Assembly: GCA_041613315.1 (NCBI GenBank)
Contig: JBFJHJ010000009.1
Location: 1-64,000 of the forward strand
Reading direction: 5' to 3'
DNA: 64,000 bases
Source: Gemmatimonadales bacterium
GTDB taxonomy: Bacteria > Gemmatimonadota > Gemmatimonadetes > Gemmatimonadales > GWC2-71-9
Part shown: positions 20,267-29,583 of the stretch, one piece after another
How the letters are laid out: each line of letters starts with the position of its first letter
Position numbering within the stretch: the stretch's first letter is position 1
Translations under genes and position numbers: made by a program
The notes under the pieces: model-generated
What the model saw: only the letters and a program-made list of their open reading frames with translations
Told to the model about the DNA's origin: nothing
The model's database searches: none

Positions 20267-21270
20267 TGCCCTTTCGGTCGTCGCTGCACCGGCGGGCGGC
20301 CGCGCTGCAGCGCCGGGTCGTGCTCGCCGAGGGATGGGACGCGCGGGTGCGCGCGGCGGCGGAGATGCTCGAGCGCCAGGGAATCAGCGCGGTGGAGGTG
20401 CTGGATCGTTCGGCGGCCCGCGACCCGCGCTTGGAGCTGGTGGCGGACGCCCTCGCCGCGCGCCGGCCCGACCAGGTCCGTAGCCGGGCCCAGGCCCGAG
20501 GGCTCGCCGCCGACCCGATCCGGTTCGCCGCCGGACTCGTCGCGCTGGGCGCGGCGGACGCCGCCGTCGCCGGGGCGACCTGCCCGACCGGCGAGGTGCT
20601 GCGCGCCGCCCTCTGGGCGATCGGGCCGGCGGAGGGCATCACCACGGTGAGCAGCGCGTTCTACATGGCGCTGCCCGCTCAGCCCCCCCTGGCTCCCGAG
20701 GGAGAAAGCGCAACTGGAGCCGGGGGAACCGGCGCGCCCGAGGAGCGCGTGCTCACCTTCGCGGACTCGGCGGTGGTCCCCGATCCGACGCCCGACCAGC
20801 TCGCCGAGATCGCCCTGGCGGCGGCGCGTGACCGGCGGCTGATTGTCGGCGATGCGGCGATCGTGGCCTTTCTGTCCTATAGCACCCGCGGGAGCGCCGA
20901 GGGGGCGCGGGTGGACAAAGTGCGGGCGGCCGTGCGGCGGTTTCGGGAGCGCGCGCCGGAGATCACGGCCGACGGCGAGCTTCAGGGCGACGCGGCGCTC
21001 GCGCCCGACGTGGCGGCCCGGAAGGCGCCGGGATCGGCCGTGGCGGGGCGGGCCAACGTGTTGATCTTTCCCGACCTTGACAGTGGGAACATTGCCTACA
21101 AACTGGTGCAGCGGCTGGCCGGCGCGAGCGCCACGGGGCCGATCCTACAGGGGCTTGCGCGCCCCATGGCCGATCTTTCGCGCGGGGCCGTCGCCGAGGA
21201 TATCGTGGACGTCGCGGCGGTCGCGGTCTTGCAGGCGGGGGCGGTCGTCCATCGACTGGAGGAGCGATGA
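20266..21270 (+). CDS. pta: Phosphate acetyltransferase (short PTA/PTB form)
   Basis: [41 protein letters not shown]. Confidence 0.9.
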   Translation: MPFRSSLHRRAAALQRRVVLAEGWDARVRAAAEMLERQGISAVEVLDRSAARDPRLELVADALAARRPDQVRSRAQARGLAADPIRFAAGLVALGAADAAVAGATCPTGEVLRAALWAIGPAEGITTVSSAFYMALPAQPPLAPEGESATGAGGTGAPEERVLTFADSAVVPDPTPDQLAEIALAAARDRRLIVGDAAIVAFLSYSTRGSAEGARVDKVRAAVRRFRERAPEITADGELQGDAALAPDVAARKAPGSAVAGRANVLIFPDLDSGNIAYKLVQRLAGASATGPILQGLARPMADLSRGAVAEDIVDVAAVAVLQAGAVVHRLEER

Positions 21271-21605
21271 GCTTTACGGTGCGGAAAGACGAGAAGAGCG
21301 GGGTCGTGGTGGTCGCTGTCGACGGCCAGCTGATCGTGGGAAACCGGCACGATCTCAAGCAGAAAGTGCTGGACGCGTTGGAGGCGGGTGACACGAAGTT
21401 CGTCATCGACTTTGCCAACACCGGATACATCGACTCCTCGGGACTCGGTGTGCTCGTCTCGCTGGCCAAGAAGATCCGTGAGGCCGGGGGCGATTTGAAG
21501 CTGGCCGGCCTCAACGACGATCTCCGCACGCTGTTCGAGCTCACGAAACTGGATAGCCTCTTCACGCTCACGCGGTCGGCCGAGGAAGCCGTCGCCACGT
21601 TTTGA
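21267..21605 (+). CDS. STAS anti-sigma-factor antagonist (RsbV/SpoIIAA-like)
   Basis: YIDSSGLG phosphoacceptor motif. Confidence 0.93.
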   Translation: MSFTVRKDEKSGVVVVAVDGQLIVGNRHDLKQKVLDALEAGDTKFVIDFANTGYIDSSGLGVLVSLAKKIREAGGDLKLAGLNDDLRTLFELTKLDSLFTLTRSAEEAVATF

Positions 21606-21609
21606 CGGC

Positions 21610-22095
21610 ATGACGGCTCCCCACGCGACGGCGCCGCTGCGCCTGTGTCTGCGCCGGCAGGAACGACCGGCCCCCGGCTCGGGCGAGCGGTGCGTCGCGA
21701 TCTCTCTCCGTGTCCCGACCGAGCTGGATGTAGTCGAAGAGGCGGTCGACCTCGTTGCCCGCCACTGTGTGGCCAGCGGCGTTCCCCCCCGCGCCGCCCG
21801 CTTCACGCTCCGCGTGGTGCTGTGTGAAGCCCTCGCCAACGCTATCGTGTACGGCAACCGACTGGACCCGGCGAAGCGTGTGGACGTGGAAGTCGAGCTG
21901 GCGGGCGGCGCCCTCGCGCTCCACGTGCGGGACGAGGGTGACGGCTTCGACCCGGCCGCCGTGCCCGACCCCACCGGGCCGGAGCATGTCGCGGACGAGC
22001 AGGGGCGCGGGCTGTTCCTCATCCGCCAGCTGGTGGACGAGGTGCGGTTCAACGAACGGGGGAACGCTATCTGCATGATCATGCGCCACGCGTAG
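21610..22095 (+). CDS. Anti-sigma factor / Ser kinase (RsbW-like HATPase)
   Basis: EALANAIVYGN, DEGDGF, GRGLFLI. Confidence 0.9.
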   Translation: MTAPHATAPLRLCLRRQERPAPGSGERCVAISLRVPTELDVVEEAVDLVARHCVASGVPPRAARFTLRVVLCEALANAIVYGNRLDPAKRVDVEVELAGGALALHVRDEGDGFDPAAVPDPTGPEHVADEQGRGLFLIRQLVDEVRFNERGNAICMIMRHA

Positions 22096-22130
22096 ACCGG
22101 CTCGACGCCATCCTCCACTCCCTGGGCGCG

Positions 22131-23672
22131 ATGGCGGGCTGCCGGCTCAGGCTGTGGCGCTACGGCCGGGGGCGCCTGCGGCCGGTGGTGGGGTGTGAGG
22201 GCGTGGTGCCGCCGGCGGTGCTGATCGACGAGGCCGGCCGCGCGAGCCCGGCCCCCGGGCGGCGACGCCTCACCCCGATCACGGGCCTCGACGGCTATTG
22301 GTTCGAGGTCGTGGATCCGGCGCGCGATCCCGAGGAAACCGAGCGCGTCCTGGCCCCGCTCCTGGCGCGCCTCCTCGACACCGAGCGCGACACTCTCCGG
22401 CTCGCCAAGGAGCTGACCTCCCGTTTGGAGGAGATCGAGCTTCTCTACACGATCAGCGAGGCACTGGGCCGCACGATCCGGCTCGAGGAGGCGGCCCAAA
22501 CGATCGTGCGCGAGGTGAGCGCCGTGGTGGGTGCGCGCCGAGCGTCGATCTTCGTGTACGATGAGAGCACGGGGGCCCTCCGGCCGGTCGCCGCGATCGG
22601 GAAGGACGCCTCGCAGCTGAGCGCGGTCCCCAGCGACGATCCCGACTCGATCACCGCGCGCGTGTTTCGCGAGGCGCGGATGATATCGCACGATCCGCGG
22701 GCGCCGGAGGGGGCGCGTCCGAGCGGGGACGTGAGCCGCGGCTACCGGGGGACCGCGTTCCTCTCGGCGCCGATCCTCTATCCGGCGGCCGACGGGTCGC
22801 CGCGGGCGGTCGGGGTCATCAACCTCACCGACCGTCTCGGGGCCGACGCGTTCAGCGGCGGCGAGGGGCGTCTGGTGGGGGCGATTGCCAACCAGATCGG
22901 CGCCGCGATCGAGAACGCGCGCCTCGTGCAGCGCGACGCTGCGCGCCAGCGATTGACGCACGAGCTGGAACTGGCGCACGACCTCCAGCTCAAGCTGCTG
23001 CCGTCGCCGGAGGTGCTGAGCGGCGCCGTCGACGTGGCAGCCCGGTGCGTGCCGGCCGAGACGGTGGGCGGCGACTTCTACCATCTGGTCCAGCTGCCGG
23101 GTGAGCGCGTCGGCGTCATGTTGGGCGATGTCTCCTCACGCGGCTTCCCCGCGGCGCTGATCATGGCGCTCGTGCTGTCCGCCGCCGGCATCCATGCCGA
23201 GGAGGCGGCGTCCCCCGACGGGACGCTGCGGCGATTGCTCGATTCGGTGGAGGACGAGCTGGCCGAGACCGAGATGCACCTCTCCCTCTTCTACGGCGTG
23301 GCGGACCCCGCCGGCAGCCGCCTCCGCTACGCCAATGCGGGCCATCCGCATGCCTTCCGCTTGACGCCGCACGGCGTGGCGGAGCGGCTGGGGGCGACGT
23401 CGCCGCCCCTCGGGCTCAGTGAGCGTACGGCACTCGCGGCCGCCGAGACGCCGTGGGAGCCGGGACGGGACGTGCTGCTCCTCTTCTCGGACGGCCTCAC
23501 CGACGCGCAGCAGGCGTTGGGCGAGGTGTTCGGCGAGGACCGCGTCGTGGCGACCGCCCTCGCGCACCGCACCGAGCCTGCGGCAGCGATCGTGGACGCC
23601 GTGTTCCGCGAGGTCGAGGCGTTCGCTCCGGAGCGAAGCGACGATCGCACGATCCTCGTGCTGCGCACGTAG
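22131..23672 (+). CDS. GAF + PP2C (SpoIIE/RsbU-like) phosphatase
   Basis: GAF region, AHDLQLKLLP, VGGDFY, GDVS, NAGHP, SDGL, DDRT; start uncertain. Confidence 0.9.
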   Translation: MAGCRLRLWRYGRGRLRPVVGCEGVVPPAVLIDEAGRASPAPGRRRLTPITGLDGYWFEVVDPARDPEETERVLAPLLARLLDTERDTLRLAKELTSRLEEIELLYTISEALGRTIRLEEAAQTIVREVSAVVGARRASIFVYDESTGALRPVAAIGKDASQLSAVPSDDPDSITARVFREARMISHDPRAPEGARPSGDVSRGYRGTAFLSAPILYPAADGSPRAVGVINLTDRLGADAFSGGEGRLVGAIANQIGAAIENARLVQRDAARQRLTHELELAHDLQLKLLPSPEVLSGAVDVAARCVPAETVGGDFYHLVQLPGERVGVMLGDVSSRGFPAALIMALVLSAAGIHAEEAASPDGTLRRLLDSVEDELAETEMHLSLFYGVADPAGSRLRYANAGHPHAFRLTPHGVAERLGATSPPLGLSERTALAAAETPWEPGRDVLLLFSDGLTDAQQALGEVFGEDRVVATALAHRTEPAAAIVDAVFREVEAFAPERSDDRTILVLRT

Positions 23673-24499
23673 TGGGCCGTCGCCTCGGTCAGCACTTCCT
23701 CACCGACCCCGCCATCTTGGACCGGATCGTGGACGCCCTCGATCCGGCTCCCGACGACGTCGTGATCGAGATCGGGCCGGGGCACGGGACCCTGACCGCG
23801 CGGCTGGCGCCGCGGGTGGGGCGGGTGATCGCGATCGAAAAGGACCGGCGCCTCGCCGAGCAGCTCGACGATGCGGTGCGCCGCGCGGCGGGCCACGACG
23901 TCGCGCGGCGGGTGTCCGCGGTCGAGGGGGACGCCCTCCGGCTCGATTGGCAGGCGCTCGCGGGCTCACCGACGGGTCCCGCTCGCGGCGCACCGCTCAC
24001 GCCCGTTAAGGTCGTCGGCAACATCCCGTACTACATCACGTCGCCGCTCATCGAGCGGGCCCTGGCGGCGCCCCCGCCCCGTGTCGTCGTTCTGCTGGTG
24101 CAGCGGGAAGTGGCCGAGCGGCTCGCCGCCCAACCCGGCGGCAAGACGTACGGCGCGCTCACCGTGGGAGTTCAAGCCGTCGCGCACGTCGAGCTGCTGT
24201 TCGTGGTGCGCGCCGGCTCGTTCGCGCCGCCGCCGGCCGTCGACTCGGCAGTGGTGCGCTTCAAGCCGCTCGCGACCCCGCTCGTCGGTCCCGAACGCCA
24301 GGCCCAGTTCCGCCGCTTCGTCACCGCCCTGTTCGGCCAGCGACGCAAACAGCTCGTCCGGAGCCTCCGAAGCGTGGCCGGCCTCGAGCGCGACGAAGCG
24401 GCGGCGCTCCTGACCGACACGGAAGTGGACCCCGCATCGCGTCCCGAAGTCCTCTCGCCCCAGGCACTTGTGCGCCTGTTCCTGGCCGTGGCGCGTTGA
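23672..24499 (+). CDS. rsmA: 16S rRNA dimethyladenosine transferase
   Basis: LGQHFL, EIGPGHG, GNIPYYITS, QREVAER. Confidence 0.96.
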   Translation: MGRRLGQHFLTDPAILDRIVDALDPAPDDVVIEIGPGHGTLTARLAPRVGRVIAIEKDRRLAEQLDDAVRRAAGHDVARRVSAVEGDALRLDWQALAGSPTGPARGAPLTPVKVVGNIPYYITSPLIERALAAPPPRVVVLLVQREVAERLAAQPGGKTYGALTVGVQAVAHVELLFVVRAGSFAPPPAVDSAVVRFKPLATPLVGPERQAQFRRFVTALFGQRRKQLVRSLRSVAGLERDEAAALLTDTEVDPASRPEVLSPQALVRLFLAVAR

Positions 24500-24541
24500 C
24501 GGATCTCCCCAGGGCGGTGTAAGTTGTGAAAAATTTCACAA
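24496..24541 (+). promoter_or_regulatory. rex promoter with Rex operator
   Basis: TTGACG-N18-TAAGTT; perfect TTGTGAA-AAAT-TTCACAA at 24524-24541. Confidence 0.9.
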
Positions 24542-24547
24542 TACGCG

Positions 24548-25168
24548 ATGCCCAAGGTTGCCGAGTCCACGATACGGAGGCTGTCCCTGTATCTCCGGTT
24601 CCTCGAGGAGTTCGAGGAGCAGGGGATCGCGACGGTGAGTTCCGAGGCGCTCGCCCAGCGCGGCGCCACGACCTCGGCCCAGGTGCGCAAGGACCTCTCG
24701 TTCTTCGGCTCGTTCGGCAAGCGCGGCCTCGGCTACGCCGTCCCGGCGCTGGTCCGGCGCCTGCGGGATATCCTCGGCCTCGAGCGCGGCTACCGCGTGG
24801 CCGTGATCGGTGCGGGTAAGATGGGGAGCGCGCTCGTGCAGTACCGCGGCTTCACGCAGCGGGGCTTCCGCGTGACGGCGGTGTACGACAACGACCCCGC
24901 CAAGGTCGGCACGCGTTGGAACGGGGTCGAGGTACGCCACGAGCGACACCTCGAGTCGGATTTCGGTGCCCGGCCCGTGGACATCGCCATCATCGCCACG
25001 CCGGCGGCGGCCGCGCAGCCGATGGCGGAACGGCTGATACGGGCCGGCGTCAAGGCGATCCTCAACTTCGCGCCCGTGCCGCTCGCGCTACCGGACGATA
25101 TCGCGGTGAAGGATGTGAACATGGCGCTCGAGCTCGAGACGTTGAGCTACGCGCTTCGCAACCGGTAG
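24548..25168 (+). CDS. rex: Redox-sensing repressor Rex
   Basis: RRLSLYLR, QVRKDLSFFGSFGKRGLGY, GAGKMG, ILNFAP. Confidence 0.97.
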   Translation: MPKVAESTIRRLSLYLRFLEEFEEQGIATVSSEALAQRGATTSAQVRKDLSFFGSFGKRGLGYAVPALVRRLRDILGLERGYRVAVIGAGKMGSALVQYRGFTQRGFRVTAVYDNDPAKVGTRWNGVEVRHERHLESDFGARPVDIAIIATPAAAAQPMAERLIRAGVKAILNFAPVPLALPDDIAVKDVNMALELETLSYALRNR

Positions 25169-25177
25169 ATTGGGGCC

Positions 25178-26410
25178 ATGTCGCCCGTCCACGTGACCTC
25201 GGAGATCGGCCCGTTACGGGCCGTCTTGGTGCATACCCCCGGCAACGAGCTGCTCGCCGTCACGCCAGGCACCCGCGAAGATTATCTCTACACCGACATC
25301 ATCGACGTAGAGTTTGCCCAGCGGGAGCACCGGCGCATGGTGGCCGTGTTGGAGCGCTTCGCGGAGGTGTACGAAGTCGCCGACGTGATCGCCGACGTCA
25401 TGGCCCGCACGGACGTGCGGGAGTTCCTGATCGCGCGGACGACGGATGTCGTGCCGTCCGATGCCCTGGCGCGGCGCCTCGCCGATCTCCCCACCGGCGA
25501 GTTGGTGACCCTGCTGATCGAGGGGGACGCTGAAGAGGGCGGACCGATCGCCAAAGCGCTCAACGAGGTCGGCTACGCGTTGCCACCCGTTCCCAACCTC
25601 TTCTTCACGCGGGACATCGGCATCGTGATCGGGGAGCACGCCGTGATCGGGTCGATGCGGCACGAGGCCCGCTGGAGCGAGGAGCTCCTGATCAAGGCGC
25701 TGTTCCAGTTCCACCCGACGTTCTCCAACGCCGGCATTCTGTACGACGGTGCCGAGGAGCGGCGGCTGACGTATACCCTCGAAGGAGGCGACGTCCACCC
25801 CCTGCGCGAGGATCTGCTCCTGCTCGGATTCAGCTCCCGATCGAGCCCCGCCGCGCTCGACCACCTCTGCAGCGTCCTCTTCGAGCGGACACCTATCAGT
25901 GAGGTCATCGTCGTCGTCATGCCGGGGGAGCGCGCGGCGATTCATCTGGACATGGTCTTCACGCAGGTGGATCGCGAACAATGCGTGATCTACCCGCCGC
26001 ACTTCGTCGGGCCCGAGCGACTGGCCGTGCTGCATCGGCGCAAGGGAACCGCGGGCGTCCGGGAGATGCCCAATTTCTTCGCGGCGCTGCAGGCCGTGCA
26101 CCTTCCGATGGAGCCGGTCCTGTGCGGAGGCGCCCACCGGGGCGTGCAGGAGCGGGAGCAGTGGGCGTCGGCGTGCAACCTCGTGGCGGTGCGGCCGGGC
26201 GTGGCCCTCGCCTACAAACGCAACGACGCGACGCTCCGGGAGCTGGAGGCGGCGGGGTTCGGGATGGTGGACGCGGTGGATTTCCTCACCGGCGACACCA
26301 CGCTCGACGACGACGAGCGGGCCGTGATCCTCGTTGACGGCAGCGAGCTGGTCCGGGGTGGCGGCGGCCCCCGGTGCATGACGCTTCCCCTGATCCGGGA
26401 CGACCCGTGA
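25178..26410 (+). CDS. Arginine deiminase family protein
   Basis: SEIGPL, NLFFTRD, EGGD, IHLD, GGGPRCMT (catalytic Cys). Confidence 0.9.
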   Translation: MSPVHVTSEIGPLRAVLVHTPGNELLAVTPGTREDYLYTDIIDVEFAQREHRRMVAVLERFAEVYEVADVIADVMARTDVREFLIARTTDVVPSDALARRLADLPTGELVTLLIEGDAEEGGPIAKALNEVGYALPPVPNLFFTRDIGIVIGEHAVIGSMRHEARWSEELLIKALFQFHPTFSNAGILYDGAEERRLTYTLEGGDVHPLREDLLLLGFSSRSSPAALDHLCSVLFERTPISEVIVVVMPGERAAIHLDMVFTQVDREQCVIYPPHFVGPERLAVLHRRKGTAGVREMPNFFAALQAVHLPMEPVLCGGAHRGVQEREQWASACNLVAVRPGVALAYKRNDATLRELEAAGFGMVDAVDFLTGDTTLDDDERAVILVDGSELVRGGGGPRCMTLPLIRDDP

Positions 26411-27255
26411 AGCCGGCGGGGGTGGAAGTGGCGCGGCAAGGCACGCTGGTTGATCGCGCGCTGCAGTTTCTGACGGACGCGCCCGCGCCGAGTGCGGTCC
26501 TCGCCCGGGACGTTCTGGGGCTCACGACCGCGTCACGGGCGGTGGCTGAGCGCGTGATCGTAGCACTGCTCGGCAGCCATCCCCGGGTGCGGCGTCTGGG
26601 CGATGGGCGATGGGCGCTGGTCGGAGCCCCGGGTGTCTCGCCCCGACTCGACGCCGTCACCTACGCCGTGGTGGACGTGGAGACGACCGGAAGTCGGGCC
26701 GCGAGCGGCGACCGTATCACCGAGATCGCCGTCGTCGCCGTGGCAGGGGGTCGGATCGAAACGGTGTTCGAGTCCCTCGTGAACCCCGAGCGACCGATCC
26801 CGTCGGCGGTCACCGCCGTCACGCGGATCACGGCAGAGATGGTGCAGGGCCGGCCCCGTTTCGGCGAGGTCGCCGATGAGGTGGTGGCGACGCTGGCAGG
26901 ACGCGTGTTCGTGGGCCACAACGTACGGTTCGATTGGGGGTTTGTCGCATCCGAGGTGGCCCGGACGCGGGATCTGGCCCTCGATGGCCCGCGGCTGTGC
27001 ACGCGCCTCCTGGCGCGTCGCCTGATCCCCGGGCTCCGCTCGCGGAGTCTGGACAGCGTGGCGACGTATTTCGGCGTCGAGATCGAGGCCCGTCACCGCG
27101 CGGGCGGCGACGCTCGGGCCACGGCGCGGATTCTCCAGCGGCTGCTGACCCTCGCGGAGGAGCGGGGTGCGGTCACGCTGGACGATCTCGCGGCGCTGGC
27201 CCGCAAGCGGCGTCGGCACAAGAGCGCGCTCCCTACGCCCATGTCCGAAGCCTGA
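26407..27255 (+). CDS. DEDDh 3'-5' exonuclease (DnaQ-like)
   Basis: VVDVETTG, HNVRFD, HRAGGDA; start approximate. Confidence 0.9.
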   Translation: MKPAGVEVARQGTLVDRALQFLTDAPAPSAVLARDVLGLTTASRAVAERVIVALLGSHPRVRRLGDGRWALVGAPGVSPRLDAVTYAVVDVETTGSRAASGDRITEIAVVAVAGGRIETVFESLVNPERPIPSAVTAVTRITAEMVQGRPRFGEVADEVVATLAGRVFVGHNVRFDWGFVASEVARTRDLALDGPRLCTRLLARRLIPGLRSRSLDSVATYFGVEIEARHRAGGDARATARILQRLLTLAEERGAVTLDDLAALARKRRRHKSALPTPMSEA

Positions 27256-27256
27256 C

Positions 27257-28159
27257 ATGGGGCTGGCCACACCGCTCCGGCTGGGCCGGCTCCGATGCTA
27301 CGTGTTGGACGCCGGGCGCCAGCGCCTCGACGGCGGCGCGATGTTCGGTGTCGTGCCGAAGCCCTTATGGGAGCGCCGGAGCGCTCCTGACGACCGGAAC
27401 CGCATCCTCCTCGGGCTCAACTGCCTGCTGATCGAGCACGACGACGGGCCGGTGCTGGTGGACAACGGGATCGGCAACAAGGAATCCGACAAGTTCCTCG
27501 ACATCTACGGGGTGGAGAACGACGGTCGGCGGGGCCGCACGCGTCTGGAGGACGCGCTGGCGGAGGCGGGCCTGGCGCCGGAGGACGTGCGGTGGGTCGT
27601 GAACACCCACCTCCACTTTGATCATGCGGGTGGCAACACATTCGTGGAGCGGCAGACGCGCCAGCAGCCGGCGGAGCCGCAGCTCGCGTTTCCCCACGCG
27701 ACCTACGTGGTGCAGGGCAAGGAGCTCGAGTTCGCCCGGCACACCAACGAGCGGACGGCGGCGAGCTATCTGCCCCCGAACTTCGAGCCGGTGGCGCGCG
27801 CAGAGCGGTGGCGGCTGGTGCAGGGCGACACGGAGCTCCTCCCGGGCATCCGGCTGTTCCCGACGCCGGGGCACGTTCCCCATCACCAGTCCGTGTTGGT
27901 GACCAGTGGGGGTGAGACGCTGTGCTTTCTCGCCGACCTCGTGCCGACGGCGGCGCATCTGCCGCTCCCCTGGATCATGGGGTATGATCTAGAGCCCCTC
28001 GTCACGCTGGAGACGAAGCGGCGGGTGCTGGGTCAAGCCGAGGCAAACGGGTGGGTCCTGCTCTTCGAGCACGATGCCGAGCGGCCGACGGGGCGGGTCG
28101 TGCGCGAGGGTCGGTCGTTTGGGTATGCGCCGCTTGACACGTTCCCGGGGGGCGCCTAG
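27257..28159 (+). CDS. MBL-fold metallo-hydrolase (YtnP-like)
   Basis: LDGGAMFGVVPK, THLHFDHAGG, GH, D, FEHD. Confidence 0.9.
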   Translation: MGLATPLRLGRLRCYVLDAGRQRLDGGAMFGVVPKPLWERRSAPDDRNRILLGLNCLLIEHDDGPVLVDNGIGNKESDKFLDIYGVENDGRRGRTRLEDALAEAGLAPEDVRWVVNTHLHFDHAGGNTFVERQTRQQPAEPQLAFPHATYVVQGKELEFARHTNERTAASYLPPNFEPVARAERWRLVQGDTELLPGIRLFPTPGHVPHHQSVLVTSGGETLCFLADLVPTAAHLPLPWIMGYDLEPLVTLETKRRVLGQAEANGWVLLFEHDAERPTGRVVREGRSFGYAPLDTFPGGA

Positions 28160-28162
28160 CTT
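28134..28162 (+). promoter_or_regulatory. Sigma70 promoter of infC-rpmI-rplT
   Basis: TTGACA-N17-TAGCTT. Confidence 0.7.
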
Positions 28163-28281
28163 CAGGCAACAACTTGTCAAGTAAGCGCTTCGGCGCTTCA
28201 CCCTCCTGCCCCCGGCCGCACGCCGGGCGAGCGTTCAGGGTTTCCGAGCGTCGAGGGGCGCGCGAGCGTTCCCGCAGGTAC

Positions 28282-28319
28282 GGATCCCGGGAGGCGTGGC
28301 ATCGGGATCCATTTTTTTT
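28282..28319 (+). terminator. Intrinsic terminator/attenuator in the infC leader
   Basis: GGATCCCG/CGGGATCC stem followed by A and T8. Confidence 0.8.
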
Positions 28320-28348
28320 GCGGACCCCAACGGTAAGGAGACGCGTCA

Positions 28349-28885
28349 CTGGCGAATTTCGACGACAAGCAGCAGCAGCGGGTGCGGGTGAACGAACAGA
28401 TCCGCTTGAGTCCGGTGCGCCTGATCGGCGCCGATGGCGAGCAGGTCGGCATCGTGCCGGTGGAAGAGGCGCTCCGGGCCGCGCGCGAGCGAGATCTGGA
28501 TCTCGTCGAGGTGGCCCCGGCGGCCCGCCCCCCCGTGGTCAAGATCATGGATTACGGGAAGTTCCGCTTCGAGCAGGCGAAGGCCGCTCGCGCGGCGCGC
28601 AAGAAGCAACACAACATCCAGGTCAAAGAGGTGAAGTACCGGCCGGGTATCAGCGATCATGACTTCGCGTTCAAGACCCGGCACGCGCGCAACTTCCTGG
28701 AAGAAGGCAACAAGGTGAAGCTGACCATGATGTTTCGCGGTCGGCAGGTCACCCATCCGGAGCTTGGCCAGGATGTGCTGAACCGAGTCTTCGAGGCGGT
28801 GAAGGACGTCGGCAAGATCGAGATCGAGCCGAAGCTCGAGGGCAGGAACATGACGATGGTGCTCGCGCCGAGGAGCGCCGGGTAA
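28349..28885 (+). CDS. infC: Translation initiation factor IF-3 (probable CTG start)
   Basis: RVNEQIR, LDLVEV, PPVVKIMDYGK, FRGRQ; AAGGAG 8 nt before in-frame CTG 28349. Confidence 0.95.
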   Translation: MANFDDKQQQRVRVNEQIRLSPVRLIGADGEQVGIVPVEEALRAARERDLDLVEVAPAARPPVVKIMDYGKFRFEQAKAARAARKKQHNIQVKEVKYRPGISDHDFAFKTRHARNFLEEGNKVKLTMMFRGRQVTHPELGQDVLNRVFEAVKDVGKIEIEPKLEGRNMTMVLAPRSAG

Positions 28886-29015
28886 CCCGGAGGACGGCGT
28901 GACGGGGTGACATCGAGCCCGCCGTGATGCGGTGGGGTGGATGTTGCTGGGCGGGGTTGCCGGGAGTCGTCGCCGTCACGCTGGCGGCGGCGGACTCAGG
29001 AAAGCGGAGCAGATG

Positions 29016-29210
29016 ATGCCCAAGCAGAAGACCAAGCGTGGTGCCGCGAAGCGCTTCAAGCTCACGGGGACGGGCAAGGTGCGGCGGCGTCGCGCATACA
29101 AGAGTCACATTCTGACGAAGAAGCATCCCAAGCGGAAGCGGCGGCTGCGGCAGGCGACTCTCGTGTCGCCGGCGGATAGCCGGCGCATCAAGCGCCTGCT
29201 GGAGACGTAG
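29016..29210 (+). CDS. rpmI: 50S ribosomal protein L35
   Basis: [21 protein letters not shown]...HILTKK. Confidence 0.96.
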   Translation: MPKQKTKRGAAKRFKLTGTGKVRRRRAYKSHILTKKHPKRKRRLRQATLVSPADSRRIKRLLET

Positions 29211-29218
29211 GAGCGGCC

Positions 29219-29572
29219 ATGCCCAGAGTGAAGAACACCGTCGCCCGCCTCAAGCGGAAGAAGAAGATCCTGAAGGCCGCCAAGGGTGCCCGTGGCGGGC
29301 GCAGCAAGCTCTACAAGACGGCGAAGGAGAACGTCGAGCGCGGGCTCCGCTACGCGTACCGCGACCGGCGCAACCGGAAGCGGGACTTCCGCCGGCTGTG
29401 GATCGTCCGGATCAACGCGGCGGCCCGGCTGCACGAGCTCTCGTACAATCGGTTCATGTCGGGGCTGCGCAAAGCGGGCGTGGAGATCAACCGCAAGATG
29501 CTGGCGGATCTCGCCGTGCACGATCCGGCCGCGTTCGGCGAGCTGGCGGAGGTCGCCAAGAAGAGCCTATAG
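29219..29572 (+). CDS. rplT: 50S ribosomal protein L20
   Basis: [38 protein letters not shown]. Confidence 0.97.
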   Translation: MPRVKNTVARLKRKKKILKAAKGARGGRSKLYKTAKENVERGLRYAYRDRRNRKRDFRRLWIVRINAAARLHELSYNRFMSGLRKAGVEINRKMLADLAVHDPAAFGELAEVAKKSL

Positions 29573-29583
29573 GTCGCCCGGCC

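Noticed and set aside
27257..28159. Metallo-beta-lactamase resistance gene
   Set aside because: No signal peptide; the LDGGAMFG motif marks the YtnP-like cytoplasmic subfamily.
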